Of a stretch of DNA of 64,000 nucleotides, positions 60,601-64,000 are shown piece by piece. The notes below the pieces were generated by a model. It worked only from the letters and a program-made list of their open reading frames with translations. It ran no database searches and was not told where the DNA came from. Origin of the DNA: Tubiluchus corallicola (Eukaryota > Animalia > Priapulida). Made by a program: the position numbers and the translations under genes. Positions within the stretch are counted from its first letter, which is position 1. The number at the start of each line of letters is the position of its first letter. The stretch is from the NCBI GenBank assembly GCA_030141605.1, contig JAQGDQ010000470.1, positions 1 through 64,000 on the forward strand, read 5' to 3'.

Positions 60601-63465
60601 TCACTGCTACTGTGAAACGTTCATGGCTGCTATGGCATCAAATTCATATTCTGCAACTCTGATAGTTTGCCATGCTACCAAACTGGGTGGTCATTTTTCA
60701 CGCAAAGGGAAAGTTTATAATAGACTTGTGAATATAGCTCAGACAGATTTCTAAGCTGTGCGTCTCATCTCAGATCGTCTTCGATCACGTGTCAGATTCT
60801 GCCAAACCAATCACTAATATGCAAATTAACATTGCATTAAAATATTTATAAACTACATGAAAGTGTAAACAAATGAGAATAGTAAAGCTACTGACCTATT
60901 GCAAATGATGCTTTGCTCCTCGATTAAATTGCCTTCACCAATAGTGATGGGACCGGCCTCAGCAATAATCTTCACTCTGGGATGAATTATCGTTCTTGGT
61001 CCTGAAAAATAACTCATCAAATTCATTTCTATCCAATAGATCTATGGCATCAAAATACACATCAAGTTTTACCAATAAATAATGTTATGATTGTTATCAA
61101 AATGGCTGAAATCGAGCAAAAATTACTATCTGAATATAAACCACATTAGTTTCAGCTCACAGTCATACTAGTGTAGCAAATCTTAAATTATATGTGTTAC
61201 TATTTTACCTATGGTAATCGGGCCAATAAGTTCCGAATCAGCACAGATTAAAGTACTGCTAGCTATCTTCAAGCTGAAACAAAAGAAACTGCTATTGCAA
61301 TTAATTATTTACAATGGTAATTTTCTTGCCTATAAAAGTTAACTATTGTTCCTTATATTTGAATAATTAGCTTAGAAAGTTAATTAATGGCAACCGAACA
61401 CGGCTATTGCTTACGTCAGAAACTAACCACAGTTTGTGCAATAACAGGCATCTTCCCTTGAGCATCAAGCACATTTGCGTATGTGTTACTGTTTAAACGC
61501 GAGATGTCACTACACAGATATGACGTCAGAAACTAACACAGTAGTTCATTATCATGGTGCCACCTTCTATTTGTCGGCCATGTGCGCCTGACAAATAGAT
61601 CAATACTATTGATATATACTATATGACAAGCTGATCAATAATTGCTTAATATTCAGTAACTGTTCAGTACTATTTACACTACAGTAGCCAGATGTGCATA
61701 ACACCTCCAAGTAATTAGTGTTAGCATACGGGAGACAAAACATCTTCAGTGCATGTAATCAAAATGTCGACAATGCCAGGACAGAGAGGAATATGAATGG
61801 TGGCCAAAAATAGTCTTCAAGTAAAATAATTTCAAGCGTCTGGGTTAGTCTCCAGGTAGCTGTGTTATGTAAATATTGTGTAATAATATATTGAATATTG
61901 TGTTATGTAAATATACTAATAATGACAAGATTATACAATGATAAACATGAAGAAGCCTGAAAAGTTAGACATGCTTCACCAATCCCACAAAGCCACTGGA
62001 GTGCTTAAAACTTCAAAAAAGAAGGAAATGTTTGTATTTCACGAAAGGCCAGGTGCATAATAGTCAAGTAAAGCACGATCATGCAGACTTGTTGTTGAAC
62101 TAGCTCAGTAGCAACAAGCGCTGTCATAACTGTAACTTAAAGACTGAAGTGAAGCGAACACAGTGATTCAGACAGAAAAACAACCAGCTTGCCAACATGT
62201 TAGGAAGTTTATCAGATGACAGTAAACTTAACAGCTCCTTGAATAAAGTAGTGCAATTTAATGTGAAGCAGGCACAATAACAAAGTTTTTAAAATAAACT
62301 GTTCTGCTTTGCAAAATAATAATTCTGCGACTTTTCAAAGTTTATCTTTCCCTAAAAATACAGCTTTAAATAAATACAGCAATTTTATATTAAACAATAC
62401 ATAGGCTAGCTTGAGTGTAGATTAAGTTATTAGGCAACATTTTACTCCATGATAAAATAATCAGTTATACTGTGTCTACACACCTACTTAAATAAAAGCC
62501 CGCCATGTTTTCCACCACCATGCAGACATCCAGAGGTCTTGCACAGGCATTTAAATGATCACAACACCCATCCAAAACACACTCAACTGTCAGCCGTCAC
62601 AATAAATAACAGTGTTTGCATAAAAAACTAACTCTGCAACAGTTTTAAGCAGGAATATATTACACAATATCCTGCCTTAATAATAGAAACAATGAAGTTT
62701 AAACATTATAAGTTTACTCCTTTATGATAAATTAGTTGCTGAACAACGGCGCTCATTAGAAAGTGCTCTCTTATTGTTATATCATAATCATTATCAGCGT
62801 TATAGGCTTCATTTATATATACCACATACACTTGATCTCGGCTATAAAGAGTTGCAGTTATAGCGAGCAATTTCTTACAGTCAACTGAAACTCGTTATAA
62901 GTGGATTATACAGTATATCTAATAGCAGATATTGGCCAGTTTTAATCTGCCTAATCTTTGATTATTACAGTGCTAGGCTGGCCCGTAGCAGATAGCGTAC
63001 TAAGTATATTAGCCCATAAGTCTCTACAGTAGGAGATTTTTCATACAGACAACTAGCATAAAATTTATTTATTTTCGAATGACATCAACTTGCTGTGCTC
63101 CAAGAACTACTAGAATAATAATTTACAGTAAAGGATAGTACACACATAGTACATCTTATTGAAATTTATAAAATATTAAGTAGAAAAGAAAACATTTTGC
63201 CCAAAAAATTCTTTAATTTAGTTGTTGATTCTAAAACTAAAGTAAAGGAAATAGCGTAAATATTCTTTTCCTGCGAGAGTTGTGAATGAATGGAATAATC
63301 TGCTTGCCTTGGTGATTACCGCACCAACCACAGTAAAGTTTAAATCCTTAGTCGACAATTATTTCGCGGAAAATATGGGATTTCTATGAGTGTACTAGCT
63401 TAAACCCTAATCATGACAGTATAACAACATAACACTCACTTGGGGTTCTTCTTGGGTGACGCCAT
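57675..63465 (-). CDS. DCTN6: Dynactin subunit 6 (p27), 7 coding exons, 183 aa
   Basis: Exons (minus) 63465-63440, 61273-61209, 61001-60896, 60224-60145, 59416-59369, 58978-58836, 57758-57675; total 552 nt. Translation includes [65 protein letters not shown] and [19 protein letters not shown], matching DCTN6 and its beta-helix hexapeptide repeats. Confidence 0.96.
58277..58397. repeat. Diverged tandem repeat of about 30 bp, about 4 copies
   Basis: atgtattgtaacatcatg...gaaatttc units. Confidence 0.75.
59417..60144 (-). other. U12-type (minor spliceosome) GT-AG intron in DCTN6
   Basis: 5' splice site reads GTATCCTTT (60144-60136, minus), the full U12 consensus RTATCCTTT. The acceptor ...ttggaaactag has no pyrimidine tract directly next to the AG. 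A branch-like TCTTAAG lies about 30 nt upstream. Confidence 0.8.
59495..60028 (-). mobile_element. TTAA-targeting (Kolobok-like) MITE, family B copy 2, inside the DCTN6 U12 intron
   Basis: Reverse complement of 25487-26026; TTAA on both sides. Confidence 0.75.
61320..61592 (-). mobile_element. Family B internal fragment in DCTN6 intron 1
   Basis: ttttcttgcctata...gcaaccgaacac...ctatttgtcggcca matches about 59555-59836. Confidence 0.75.
63050..63388 (+). mobile_element. CR1-type LINE ORF2 C-terminal relic in DCTN6 intron 1 (antisense to the gene)
   Basis: [10 protein letters not shown]...[12 protein letters not shown]...[16 protein letters not shown]...[15 protein letters not shown] matches the CR1 pattern DLIxxYK...RVVNxWNxLP...FKxxLD. 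Confidence 0.75.
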
Positions 63466-64000
63466 ATTTAAATAACTGGATTCAGTGCAAATTTTTTGTA
63501 TCACCACGCTAACACTTTGATTTCACGATTCTGCACGCCTCGTTTAATGACAATTACAGCGTGTAACTTATCGTTTGCTGGGAGAAAAACACGCCCAACG
63601 ATCAACAAATAGTACGGATCATACTATAACTTAGTTGTTGCTGGGGGCACAAGACCAATTACTAAAATCACTGAATATTTTGTTACATAAATGTATTGCT
63701 GAAAATTAATAATCATGTCATCAAAATTTCAAGTGAAATCTCGCTCATCTCTTTTGAAGCAGGATCAATGTCGCCATTGATATGTTCTTGAGTCAGTTTA
63801 GCTAATCTATTTGACCTCCTCTATTTGCGGTTGTGATCGCCTTGCAGATTTGCTTACATTTATTACATTTTCAATTTTTCATGTGAATATAATTTTTCAT
63901 TTTCATTTTTATGTTGCATCTTAGATCGTACATGCCTTTTCAAACTATCATAGTTCACCTCCTCCCATAAATCAATTTTTATTCCTGCATGTTCACACTT

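Overview
AT-rich, intron-rich eukaryotic DNA, most likely from an invertebrate animal; no prokaryotic features or CRISPR. I reconstructed five protein-coding genes by hand with consistent splice phases. (1) A 10-exon membrane-anchored ZP-domain (cuticlin-like) gene, + 11959-26547. (2) An intronless secreted pentraxin, - 27763-28797. (3) A USF bHLH-zip transcription factor, 9 exons, - 33720-41546. (4) An 8-exon IkB-like ankyrin-repeat gene with a very long N-terminus, + 45832-54114. (5) Dynactin subunit 6, 7 exons, - 57675-63465, which has a U12-type intron. The rest is microsatellites, minisatellites and many non-autonomous transposon relics: piggyBac-, Kolobok-, hAT- and Tc1/pogo-like MITEs, Helitron, Harbinger, CR1/L2, RTE, tRNA- and 5S-derived SINEs, and a solo LTR. 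The most unusual observation is a 69-bp in-frame tandem repeat that duplicates the USF intron-3/exon-4 splice acceptor together with a conserved protein motif, giving four phase-compatible acceptors. Family assignments come from remembered motifs, not database searches. I found no clear evidence for a wholly new multi-gene system.
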